From Bifidobacteriaceae bacterium (GTDB lineage: Bacteria > Actinomycetota > Actinomycetes > Actinomycetales > WQXJ01), in the NCBI GenBank assembly GCA_031268115.1, contig JAIRXV010000436.1, positions 1-28,180 of the forward strand: DNA of 28,180 nucleotides. Reading direction: 5' to 3'. The stretch's first letter is position 1. Each line of letters starts with the position of its first letter. The translations under genes were made by a program, and so were the position numbers. Shown here piece after piece: positions 1 to 7,775 of the stretch. The notes under the pieces are model-generated. The model saw nothing but the letters and a program-made list of their open reading frames with translations, was not told the DNA's origin and searched no databases.

Positions 1-765
1 GGTGTCGGACTGTATTCGGCCGCCCTTCTGACGTGTTTCATTGTGAACCTGGCCGTGGAGGGCCGCCTCACCTGGTTTTTCATTGTGGCCACGGCTTTGG
101 CGACAGCGTTCTCGCTGACCACGCTGCCGCTGTTGGTGCGTGCGCACCGCGGCGCGGTCACCCTCGCCTCGTTCGGGATGTCGCTTTTCGCGCTGCTGGC
201 GGTCTGCTGGCTTTGGGCGGGTGGACGATGGCTGCCGGTCACACTGGTGGCCCTCGGGTTTGCGGCCGCCGTGGTGTTTGGCCCGATCATCCTTCGACGC
301 ATCCGCATCCCCCAGCCATGGGCAAGCCACAGGGCAGCGTTGGCATTGGCCCTCGACACCGTGCTGCTGCCGGTATTGGTGGCCGTGGCGATGGCAACAG
401 GCGGCACGCTGGACCACTTCTGGCGTCTGGCAGCCCCAGCCATCGCCATCGGCGCGGCACCGGTCTGGACCGCGCTCGCGGTCATCCGATACCTCCCAGT
501 TCCGGGCCTCTACCGAGCCGCCACCACCTGCGGCCTGGCCGGCATCTTCATGTTCTTCTTGCCGTCCTACTTCGACGCGCTGGCCGGTGACCGCCATTGG
601 CGCGGCGGCCGTCCCATCGATTTGGGGGTGTGGGACCCAGCTCACCTCAACGGGAACATCGACTTGGTCATCATGCTTGCCTGCCTCACCGTGGCCCTCG
701 CTCTCCTGGCCAAAGCCCTAACGATGGCGGTTTCCACCCGGCGGCGCAGCGGATTGGGCCACTGA
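1..765 (+). CDS. Multi-pass membrane protein, 5'-truncated by the window edge
   Basis: Frame +1 is open from base 1 (GVGLYSAALLTCFIVNLAVEGRLTWFFIV...) to TGA 763-765 and encodes many hydrophobic segments. From memory it resembles the membrane domain of XRE-HTH membrane proteins of Firmicutes (unverified). Confidence 0.7.
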   Translation, partial: GVGLYSAALLTCFIVNLAVEGRLTWFFIVATALATAFSLTTLPLLVRAHRGAVTLASFGMSLFALLAVCWLWAGGRWLPVTLVALGFAAAVVFGPIILRRIRIPQPWASHRAALALALDTVLLPVLVAVAMATGGTLDHFWRLAAPAIAIGAAPVWTALAVIRYLPVPGLYRAATTCGLAGIFMFFLPSYFDALAGDRHWRGGRPIDLGVWDPAHLNGNIDLVIMLACLTVALALLAKALTMAVSTRRRSGLGH

Positions 766-790
766 TTGTCACGATCGCATGATCGGCTGG

Positions 791-1252
791 CTAGCGCCCA
801 TGGCGGCGCTGGATCGCTTTGAGAACGAATCGGGAGGCCGGGCCGACAACCACCAACTGCAAGGGCAAGGCGGCCACGATGTTGAACGCCACGGCGGTGC
901 CCCAAGTCGCGAGGAACTGGGCGTTCAGCCCGTCGTTCATCGCGGTCGCATAGGCGGACATCAGCGTCACCATCATCGCCATCATGAAGCATGAGGTCAC
1001 CGCGATCACCTGCCAACGCGACTGATGGTTGATCGGCGCGCGCCGAGTCAGCCCCTTGGCGACACGGTTGACAAACCCGACGGTCAACACCAACGCGACC
1101 AGGAAGGCCGGCCCCACCCCAGCAGCGACTCTTGCCCAGAAATCGGGGCCGATGCCGCCGTGGAGAACCTGGTTGTACAGGTTCATGCCAACAACCATCA
1201 TCCCGACCATCATCAGGGTGAAGATCGCGTCTTGTGTGCGGCTCTGGGGCAC
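791..1252 (-). CDS. DUF2798 family membrane protein (153 aa)
   Basis: Two internally similar Met-rich hydrophobic halves (FTLMMVGMMVVGMNLYN / CFMMAMMVTLMSAYAT) and C-terminal FNIVAALPLQLVVVGP. GTG at 1252 has an AAAGGA RBS upstream, so it is preferred to the track start at 1339. Confidence 0.75.
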   Translation of the reverse strand: MPQSRTQDAIFTLMMVGMMVVGMNLYNQVLHGGIGPDFWARVAAGVGPAFLVALVLTVGFVNRVAKGLTRRAPINHQSRWQVIAVTSCFMMAMMVTLMSAYATAMNDGLNAQFLATWGTAVAFNIVAALPLQLVVVGPASRFVLKAIQRRHGR

Positions 1253-1281
1253 CGTTGAGTCCGTCCTTTGCTGTCTAGGCA

Positions 1282-1335
1282 ACGAAAAACGAGCGGCCAG
1301 CCCAACTGGTCTTACGTGGCTGGGCACCGCTCGTT
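1282..1335 (-). terminator. Intrinsic terminator-like hairpin in the DUF2798 leader
   Basis: Minus-strand RNA AACGAGCGG-UGC-CCAGCC-(15 nt loop)-GGCUGG-CCGCUCGUU-UUUCGUU: 9+6 bp stem with a U-tract, ending about 30 nt before the GTG start. Confidence 0.6.
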
Positions 1336-1449
1336 GCAAGGACTAGCTTACCGAAGAGGGCGCGCAGCGACCGAATACCTGTCTGTGCAGGCCTTAGACC
1401 AGCGGAGACGCTGGGCAGTCGGTCGGTGATACTGCCGAAGGGTTTACGA

Positions 1450-2391
1450 TCAGGCCGCGTCTATCTGGTCTAGCCAGGCGTTGACCACGGACACTGCCTC
1501 TTCGAGGGTGGTATCCACGCCTGCTGATCTCGCCGCTTTTTCGAAAGAGCCTTGCCAGTGTGGATGGGCGACAACGCGTGCGGGCCAGCGACGGGCTGGC
1601 CTTCGGAGCATTTGAGCTTCAGTCGCGCGGGAGTCGAAGATATCCAGGATCGCCTCCCTGATAGAAGTCAGAGCCGGTTCGCCGGTCTCTTTGGACAGCG
1701 CGCGAATCAGCGCCAAGTCCACGACATCCCGTGCGCGGTCGTTGATGCGAACGGGAGGTTCATGAGGGTCGGTGGACGCGTGGACCTTCTGCGCTACTTG
1801 ATACCGCATGGCGAGCCCGGCCAGATGATCGGGGGTTGGCAGGCCGAGCCCGGCAAGGGAAGGCGGTGACAGCGGCTCGAAAGACTCGCCCGCGCGTCCT
1901 TCGTCGGGGGAGGCCTCCACTTGGATTCGGCGCCAAGTCACACCGCCCAGTTGCACAACGACATCGAACCGGCGTGGCTTGATGATCTTGCTTGGTGTGT
2001 CGATGACCTCGACGTCGCCGCGCCTGAAAGTCAGGGGTCCCCACGCCTGACGCAGGACTGGGACAAGGGCGTTCAGGAAATCGTCTAAGTCGCCTCGAAC
2101 CAACCCGTCGAGGTCGGTGGTGGCACGGGCCGTGCCAGGCAGTCTGTGTTGCAACAGGGTGCCGCCCTTGAGCAGGAAGCGTGGCCTGCCCGCCTCGTCC
2201 AATGTCTGCTGAAGCTTTGCTGTGACGGTCGTGGTCGCTACCAGCCAGCCCAAACGGCCACCATCCGAGGCAAGATCGCGCTCGGCCTTGGCGATCCAAG
2301 CATTGAGGACGTTGGCTGACCGCGGCGTCTTGTCCTTGGGTTTCAGCTGCGCGAGCGCTGCGGCGAGATTGAAAGGGTCATCGCTGGACAC
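1450..2391 (-). CDS. abiEii: Nucleotidyltransferase AbiEii/AbiGii-family toxin (type IV TA), 313 aa
   Basis: Motifs FLLKGGTLL...RATTDLD (NTase G-G and DxD), AQKVHA and RARDVVDL. GTG at 2391 has GGAGG upstream and overlaps the antitoxin stop by 14 bp. Confidence 0.88.
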   Translation of the reverse strand: MSSDDPFNLAAALAQLKPKDKTPRSANVLNAWIAKAERDLASDGGRLGWLVATTTVTAKLQQTLDEAGRPRFLLKGGTLLQHRLPGTARATTDLDGLVRGDLDDFLNALVPVLRQAWGPLTFRRGDVEVIDTPSKIIKPRRFDVVVQLGGVTWRRIQVEASPDEGRAGESFEPLSPPSLAGLGLPTPDHLAGLAMRYQVAQKVHASTDPHEPPVRINDRARDVVDLALIRALSKETGEPALTSIREAILDIFDSRATEAQMLRRPARRWPARVVAHPHWQGSFEKAARSAGVDTTLEEAVSVVNAWLDQIDAA

Positions 2392-2956
2392 AGTCGCGGT
2401 CCTCCAGTTTCTGTGCCAGCCTTTCCTTTTCTTGGGCAAGTAGCAGACTGGTCCTACCTGCCCGCTCTAGTGCCTGCTTAATCAAGTAGGTGGGCACGCC
2501 CCAGTCGATGCACTGGTCGATGGTGGTCGGAACGTCCGTGATCGGCATTTGTTCGAACCGCACCCGTTGTTCTCGGGTCAGATCGTGATGGTGGATGACG
2601 TAGCGCTCGCCGCCGGCCCGCCTGAGGCGGCGCTTCTTCCCCACGCAGACGTGGATTTCGTTCGGGTTGATGTCGCTGATGTCCCACGCCGCCAAGGCTG
2701 TCTCGTGACTCAGGCACGCTTCTGGCGCCCCGGTCCACAGCACCGCCAGCGCCCAGTTGTCCCACGGGGTCGCTGGCACTTGCGGAACCCGGTAGACGCC
2801 GTGAGCCACCCGTTCCAACCGGCCGCGGGCCGTCATCTGGGCGACCTGGGGTTGCGGCACGCCGGCGTCCAGGGCTTGGGTGAGCGTGACGAACCCGTGC
2901 TGGTCGATGGCGATGTCTCGCAGCCCGTCCAGGTAGGTCACCACTTCCCTAAGCAT
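2378..2956 (-). CDS. abiEi: AbiEi-family antitoxin / transcriptional regulator (type IV TA), 192 aa
   Basis: N-terminal winged-helix signature QHGFVTLTQALDAGV...RGRLERVAHGVYR, then LSHETALAAWDI. Lies directly upstream of and overlaps the AbiEii toxin. Confidence 0.88.
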   Translation of the reverse strand: MLREVVTYLDGLRDIAIDQHGFVTLTQALDAGVPQPQVAQMTARGRLERVAHGVYRVPQVPATPWDNWALAVLWTGAPEACLSHETALAAWDISDINPNEIHVCVGKKRRLRRAGGERYVIHHHDLTREQRVRFEQMPITDVPTTIDQCIDWGVPTYLIKQALERAGRTSLLLAQEKERLAQKLEDRDCVQR

Positions 2957-2958
2957 GT

Positions 2959-2995
2959 CAAAACCATATCATAATCATATGGTTTTGCCGTTCAA
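2959..2995 (-). promoter_or_regulatory. abiE promoter with overlapping 11-bp perfect inverted repeat (probable AbiEi operator)
   Basis: CAAAACCATAT (2959-2969), 7 nt, ATATGGTTTTG (2977-2987). On the minus strand TTGAAC (2990-2995), 16 nt, TATGAT (2968-2973). AT-rich patch in GC-rich DNA. Confidence 0.7.
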
Positions 2996-3177
2996 GCGGA
3001 AGGGGGCGTCAGTTCTGTCAGTCCGGATCCCACGCCTTCTCGGATCGAGTCTCGGTTCAGGGCCGTGGCTTTGCCATCTCCGGGTGCCTGTGTTCTGGGA
3101 CGGGAACGCTTGGCCTCGCTGGCGCGGGCGGATTCGTCGCCCAGGTTCGGGCGAGCATGGCTTCTGGAGGTGGTGGT

Positions 3178-5553
3178 GTGGACGCGACCGCGGCCGGTGA
3201 TACCCCCGCAGCCCGCGCCCGCGCGGACCGCCAGCTTGCGGCGCTGCGCCAGGAGAACCAGCGGCTGCGCAACATCCTGAAGATTGCCCATGGCGCGGAA
3301 CCACCGCCTGAGCAGCCCGTGCTGCTACCGCCAGATCCCGGCGTAGTCACGGACGCTTCTCCACCCGAGGCCAAGCTCGCCTTGTATCTGCGGCGGTTCG
3401 CCGCCCGCCAGGACGTTTACGCGCACTATTGGGAGAACCGCCAGAAACAGACCAAGGGTTGGTCGCCGGTTGTCCGCCATCGCTTCCGCAAGGGGACACT
3501 GTGGGACAAACAGCCCCTCCCCTTAACTGCCGATGTGGTTCGCGCGCACTTGGACCGGAAAGACGACCTGTTCATCGGCCTGTACCCGCTCATGCCCGAC
3601 GCCACGACTTGGTGGCTCGCCGCCGACTTCGACGGGCCAGCGGCCATGCTGGACGCGCACGCCTACGCCAAGGCCGCTTCATCGTTGGGAGTGCCGGTGG
3701 CGCTGGAGATTTCCCAATCGGGACGGGGCGTTCACGCGTGGACTTTCTTCACCGCCCCCGTTCCCGCAGCAGACGCCCGCGCCATGGGTACCGAGTGCAT
3801 TCACCGGGCGATGGCGTTGCGCGGGTCGATGCCGCTGTCCTCCTATGATCGTCTGTTCCCGAACCAGGACACTGCGCCCGCTAGCGCGAGCGGGGTGGGG
3901 AACCTGATCGCCGCCCCGCTGAACGGCAAACGCCGTTATGAGCGCCGCACCACCGTCTTCATCGACATGGCGGATTGGGAACCTTGGCCAGACCAGTGGG
4001 AATACCTCTCCACACTGGACAGTTTGACGCCGCGCTAAGTCGCGGCCATCGCCAAACGAGCCCGCATCCTGGTTGGTCCGGACGTGACCCGCCTAGAAAA
4101 GTCGCCGGTGACGAAGGTTGCCCCAATTCCACCCGTTCCCATCCATGCGACCCTCTCCGCGCGGTTGACGATCAAAGACGACGATTTGACTCCCGCACTG
4201 TCGGCGGCGCTACGCCACGCGGCAACAATTCACAACCCAGCCTTCTACGAAGCGCAACGAGCCAGACGCTCAACCAAAGGCATTCCGCGTTTCATCCAAG
4301 GCTTCGACATCGCCATCGGCGGGGATCTGATCCTGCCGCGCGGGCTACGCGAACAGGCAACAGGCCTCGTGGAGCAGGCGGGCAGCCGCCTCCAGATCGA
4401 TGACGAACGCGGCCAAGGCGTCGAGATCGACGTGTCATTCGAAGGCGAGTTGACCGATATTCAGACGGCCGCCGTGGACGGGATGCTGGCCGGAGAAGAC
4501 GGAGTGCTCCACGCCCCGACCGGCTCCGGCAAGACCGTGATGGCCTGCGCGATGATCGCCGAACGCGGCGTCAGCACGCTCGTTCTGATCAACCGCAAAA
4601 TCCTCGCCGAACAATGGCGCGGCGAAATCAAGACCCTGCTGGGCTTCAAGGCCGGCCAGTTCGGCGCCGGCCGCAAGAAGACGACCGGCCTGGTTGACAT
4701 CGCGATGCTGCCCACCCTGGCCAGGCGCAGCGAGGGCGAGATCCGTGAACTCACCAGCGGATACGGGCAGGTGATCGTAGACGAGTGCCACCACATCGCG
4801 GCGGGCTCCTACGAGCGCGTGGTCAGCCAGATCGGTGCCGCCTGGTGGCTTGGGTTGACCGCCACCCCGCCCCGGCGGGATGGCCTGGAGCAGATCACAA
4901 CGTGGCAGATCGGCCCCATCCGTTACGTGATGCGCGACACTCTGCCGGGAGAAGCAACCCTGGCCGCGCCCTACACCGGCCCCGAACGCCTCCTTCACGT
5001 CCACGAAACGGCCTTCACTGACCCGCCCGAATTCGACATCAGCAGGCCGGGCGCGATCACCGAGCTGACCCGTCTTGTCGCGGTTGACGAGACCCGCAAC
5101 CAGCAGATCGCCGCCGATGTCCGCCAAGCGCTCGCCAACGGCCGCAGGTGCCTCGTCCTGACCCGCCGCCGCAGCCAACTCGCCACCCTGGCATCCCTGC
5201 TGACCGATGCCGGCTGCGAGCCACTGTCCATGCTGGGCGGCACAACAAAGAGGGAACTCGCGGCAATTCGCCAGCGCTTAGCCGAGGTCAAGCCCGGCGA
5301 TCCGCTGCTGATCCTCACCACCATCCCCTACGGCGGCGAGGGTTTCAACGCCCCCGTCCTCGACACCGTGTTCCTCGCCGGGCCGGTCGCGTTCCCCGGC
5401 CTGCTGATCCAGGCGGTTGGACGGGTGCTGCGCCGTTACCCAGGCAAGATGAACGTCATCGTCCACGACTATGTTGATTCGGGTTCGCCCGTGCTCGCTA
5501 GTCAATACGCGAAGCGTCGAGCCGGATACCGCCAGATGGGGTTTGCCCGCTAG
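3178..5553 (+). pseudogene. AEP primase (TOTE conflict-system type) fused to SF2 DExH helicase, interrupted by one in-frame TAA at 4036-4038
   Basis: Track ORFs 3157-4038 and 4084-5553 share a frame and the 15 codons between them are open (LTPR*VAAIAKRARILVGPDV). AEP motifs: AADFD, SQSGRGVHAW, YDRLFPNQD. Helicase motifs: APTGSGKT, VDECHH, GLTATP, QAVGRVLR. GTG 3178 follows GGAGG. Confidence 0.8.
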
Positions 5554-6097
5554 CAGGTTCGCCGGGGAAGGCCAGGTCAGCCTGGATCTTGCGGATGGCC
5601 CAAGCCAAGACGCCGGCCGTCAGGAGCCCTGGTCCCAGGGGGCCGCCTGAGTCCTCGCCGAGCGGCGGCAAGTGTCGCAGCGCCGCCCGAACGGGCGCGC
5701 TCATGTGATCAAGCTGCCAGCGGATTTCGATGTCTGCCGCGCCGGCCTGGTCGGGTACTGCCAGACCAGCGGCTTTCGCGGCGTACGCTGCAGCACCCAA
5801 GGCGTGCGCGCCCATGTGCGGGACGGCCGCGGCTTGGGCGGCGGCTCGGGCGGCCGCTACGGCTGCGGGACCGCTCACGTCCCGGGCCGCCCGCCCAGCA
5901 ACAAAGCGCTCGCGGATCTGCAGGGCCGTGTCCAGTTCGCCGCGACCAAAGGCGCGCGCCCGGACGATGGCGTCCCTCACCCGACCATCTTCCGGCGCCT
6001 CCGCCTCGAATAGGGGCAGAACCCGCTCCGCGCAGTCCGCTGCCCAGAGCGCGACCACCCGGCGGTCAGCGAGCGCGAGCGTTTGTGAAGACACCAT
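5498..6097 (-). CDS. Imm5-like 'putative immunity protein' (Ala-rich helical), 199 aa
   Basis: Family-like motifs WAADCAERVLPLFE, AARAAAQAAAV and HMGAHALGAAAYAAKA. ATG preceded by GAAGGA. 3' end overlaps the helicase 3' end by 56 bp. Confidence 0.7.
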   Translation of the reverse strand: MVSSQTLALADRRVVALWAADCAERVLPLFEAEAPEDGRVRDAIVRARAFGRGELDTALQIRERFVAGRAARDVSGPAAVAAARAAAQAAAVPHMGAHALGAAAYAAKAAGLAVPDQAGAADIEIRWQLDHMSAPVRAALRHLPPLGEDSGGPLGPGLLTAGVLAWAIRKIQADLAFPGEPASGQTPSGGIRLDASRID

Positions 6098-6113
6098 CCC
6101 TGCATCCTTCTAC

Positions 6114-6143
6114 ACGCGGGCCACGGGGGCGACGCGGGCCACG
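6114..6143. repeat. 12-bp direct repeat ACGCGGGCCACG x2 (18-bp period) inside a TTCTAC...GTAGAA inverted repeat
   Basis: Copies at 6114-6125 and 6132-6143, read directly from the sequence. Confidence 0.6.
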
Positions 6144-6262
6144 CGGGTAGAACCGGCCGGGGACGTTGCGTGCTGGGGCGGCGAAACCCGGGCGAGTTGA
6201 AAGACAGCCAACAGGATCCGGCGCAGTCGCCGGTCGGCGGCTTTCGGATCGGACGCGCTCCA

Positions 6263-6285
6263 CCAAGCGCCCCGCCAAGCGCCCC
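6263..6285. repeat. Short tandem repeat CCAAGCGCCCC x2 (12-bp period) at the tetR stop
   Basis: Copies at 6263-6273 and 6275-6285. Confidence 0.6.
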
Positions 6286-7097
6286 TACACTTCCCAACGG
6301 TCTGACCCATTGAGGGCGTCGAGGAGGCGCTCAACACCGAATCGGAACACGTGTTCCGGCGCCGTGGCCGCTCCGTGGGCGGCGCCCGCGGCGGTGCCCA
6401 CCCGTGTGGCCAGGGGATATGCCTCTGGGGTGAGGTAGGCCACTAGGGCTGGCCCCGCACTTTCCCACCACTCGGAGTCAGATTCGCCCGAGTCGGTCCG
6501 GGCGTCTGCGGACTCCTGGCGCAGCTGTGCGGCGCCGCGGACCACGGTGAGCAGGAGTGTAAGCCAGGAGTCCATGTCAACGTCGCTGAGCCCGAGCCCG
6601 TCGAATGCGCCCAGCTCATAGTCGTACTTGCGGGTTGCGCCGGGTCCCAAACCGGGCCTGGTGGTGGCCACGCCCAACACCCACGGATGGGCGGTCGCCA
6701 GGTCCCAGTTGGTACTCGCAACCGCCCAGACGCGTTCGCGGGGGGTGGCGAGGGACGCCATCGGCGGGGCGTCCATGTCGAGGTATAGGCGGTCCAGCAT
6801 GAGATCGATCAGCTCGGCCTTCGCGGGAACGTAGGTGTACAGGCTCATGGGCGCGATCCCTAGGTGCGTGGCGAGGCGCCGCATGGACAGACCATCCAGC
6901 CCGCTTGCATCCGCGAGGACGATGGCGGCCCTCACCACCGCGTTCACCTCCAGTCCGCGGCGCGGCCCGCGCCGCGTGATCGGCGCGGCAGGGGTGGGCA
7001 GGCCTGGACTGGTGGGCGCGGCACGGGTGGACGATTCCTGCCAGAGCAGCGCGAGCAATCGGGTGGGATCGGCAGCGTTGGTGCGTGGTGCTGGCAT
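6285..7097 (-). CDS. TetR/AcrR family regulator with TetR_C-type C-terminal domain, 270 aa
   Basis: HTH VVRAAIVLADASGLDGLSMRRLATHLGIAPMSLYTYVPAKAELIDLM and C-terminal FRFGVERLLD. ATG 7097 chosen over track start 7181. Confidence 0.9.
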   Translation of the reverse strand: MPAPRTNAADPTRLLALLWQESSTRAAPTSPGLPTPAAPITRRGPRRGLEVNAVVRAAIVLADASGLDGLSMRRLATHLGIAPMSLYTYVPAKAELIDLMLDRLYLDMDAPPMASLATPRERVWAVASTNWDLATAHPWVLGVATTRPGLGPGATRKYDYELGAFDGLGLSDVDMDSWLTLLLTVVRGAAQLRQESADARTDSGESDSEWWESAGPALVAYLTPEAYPLATRVGTAAGAAHGAATAPEHVFRFGVERLLDALNGSDRWEV

Positions 7098-7119
7098 GGG
7101 TTCATCGTGCCACTTGCGG

Positions 7120-7150
7120 ACCGTACATCGTATACCGTACGCTGTACGGT
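7120..7150. promoter_or_regulatory. Probable TetR operator: palindrome ACCGTAC-GCT-GTACGGT plus an extra ACCGTAC half-site
   Basis: Perfect 7-bp arms at 7134-7140 and 7144-7150, extra half-site at 7120-7126. Lies between divergent tetR and VOC, 23-53 bp upstream of the tetR ATG. Confidence 0.65.
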
Positions 7151-7298
7151 GTTGTCGTTCTGGGACGGCGCTCCAACGCACCGTCCAAGCGATGCTAGCT
7201 GCCGCGTTTCAGCTGGTCCGGGCTTCGCCCTCCCCGGCTGACGCGGTCGTCGGCCGCGCTGTCGCCCGGCCTCCTGGACCGTCGAAAGGGAACCCGCC

Positions 7299-7676
7299 AT
7301 GCACATCACCGCCACTGCCATCAGCTTGACCGTCGAGAACCCGAGCACCTCAGCCCGGTTCCTGACGGATCACTTTGGGTTCGCCATCGTCCAAGAGGCT
7401 CCCGGCTTTGCCTCGCTGACCAGGGACGATGTCGGCGCGAACGTGATCTTCCTGGCCCGAGGAATCGAGACCCTCCCCGCCGACCAGCGCGACGCCGTGG
7501 CGCAGGGTTTGATCCTGGCGTTCGTTGTGGACGACCTGGAGGGCGAACTGGCTCGCCTGACGCACGAGGGCGTGCCCATCACGATGCCGCTGACCGTCGA
7601 AGAATGGGGCGAGCGGGCATTCCAGGTGCGCGATCCAAACGGCGTGATCCTCCAACTGGTCGATTGGAACGGCTGA
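7299..7676 (+). CDS. VOC (glyoxalase/bleomycin-resistance) family protein, 125 aa
   Basis: SARFLTDHFGF, LILAFVVDDLEGELARL, EEWGERAFQVRDPNGVILQLV. AAAGGGA RBS. Confidence 0.9.
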   Translation: MHITATAISLTVENPSTSARFLTDHFGFAIVQEAPGFASLTRDDVGANVIFLARGIETLPADQRDAVAQGLILAFVVDDLEGELARLTHEGVPITMPLTVEEWGERAFQVRDPNGVILQLVDWNG

Positions 7677-7681
7677 ACAAC

Positions 7682-7713
7682 CCCGCCTCACGCGCCCGCC
7701 TCACGCGCCCGCC
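7682..7713. repeat. 13-bp tandem repeat CCCGCCTCACGCG x2.5 between VOC and vanR
   Basis: Copies at 7682-7694, 7695-7707 and a partial at 7708-7713. Confidence 0.75.
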
Positions 7714-7775
7714 GCCATCGTCCAGGAAGTTTTCAATATGCCGGCGATACGCGCGGGCTCGTAGGCTGTGAGGTC

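Noticed and set aside
1253-1449. Assignment of the leader to a known riboswitch (c-di-GMP-I, glycine, guanidine-IV, ZTP, T-box)
   Set aside because: Only isolated short words match (GGUCUAAG, ACCG); the class-defining consensus blocks are absent. Kept as an unclassified candidate.
3157-5553. Two independent genes (primase and helicase)
   Set aside because: Same frame, open linker after a single TAA, and no RBS at 4084. One disrupted fusion is simpler.
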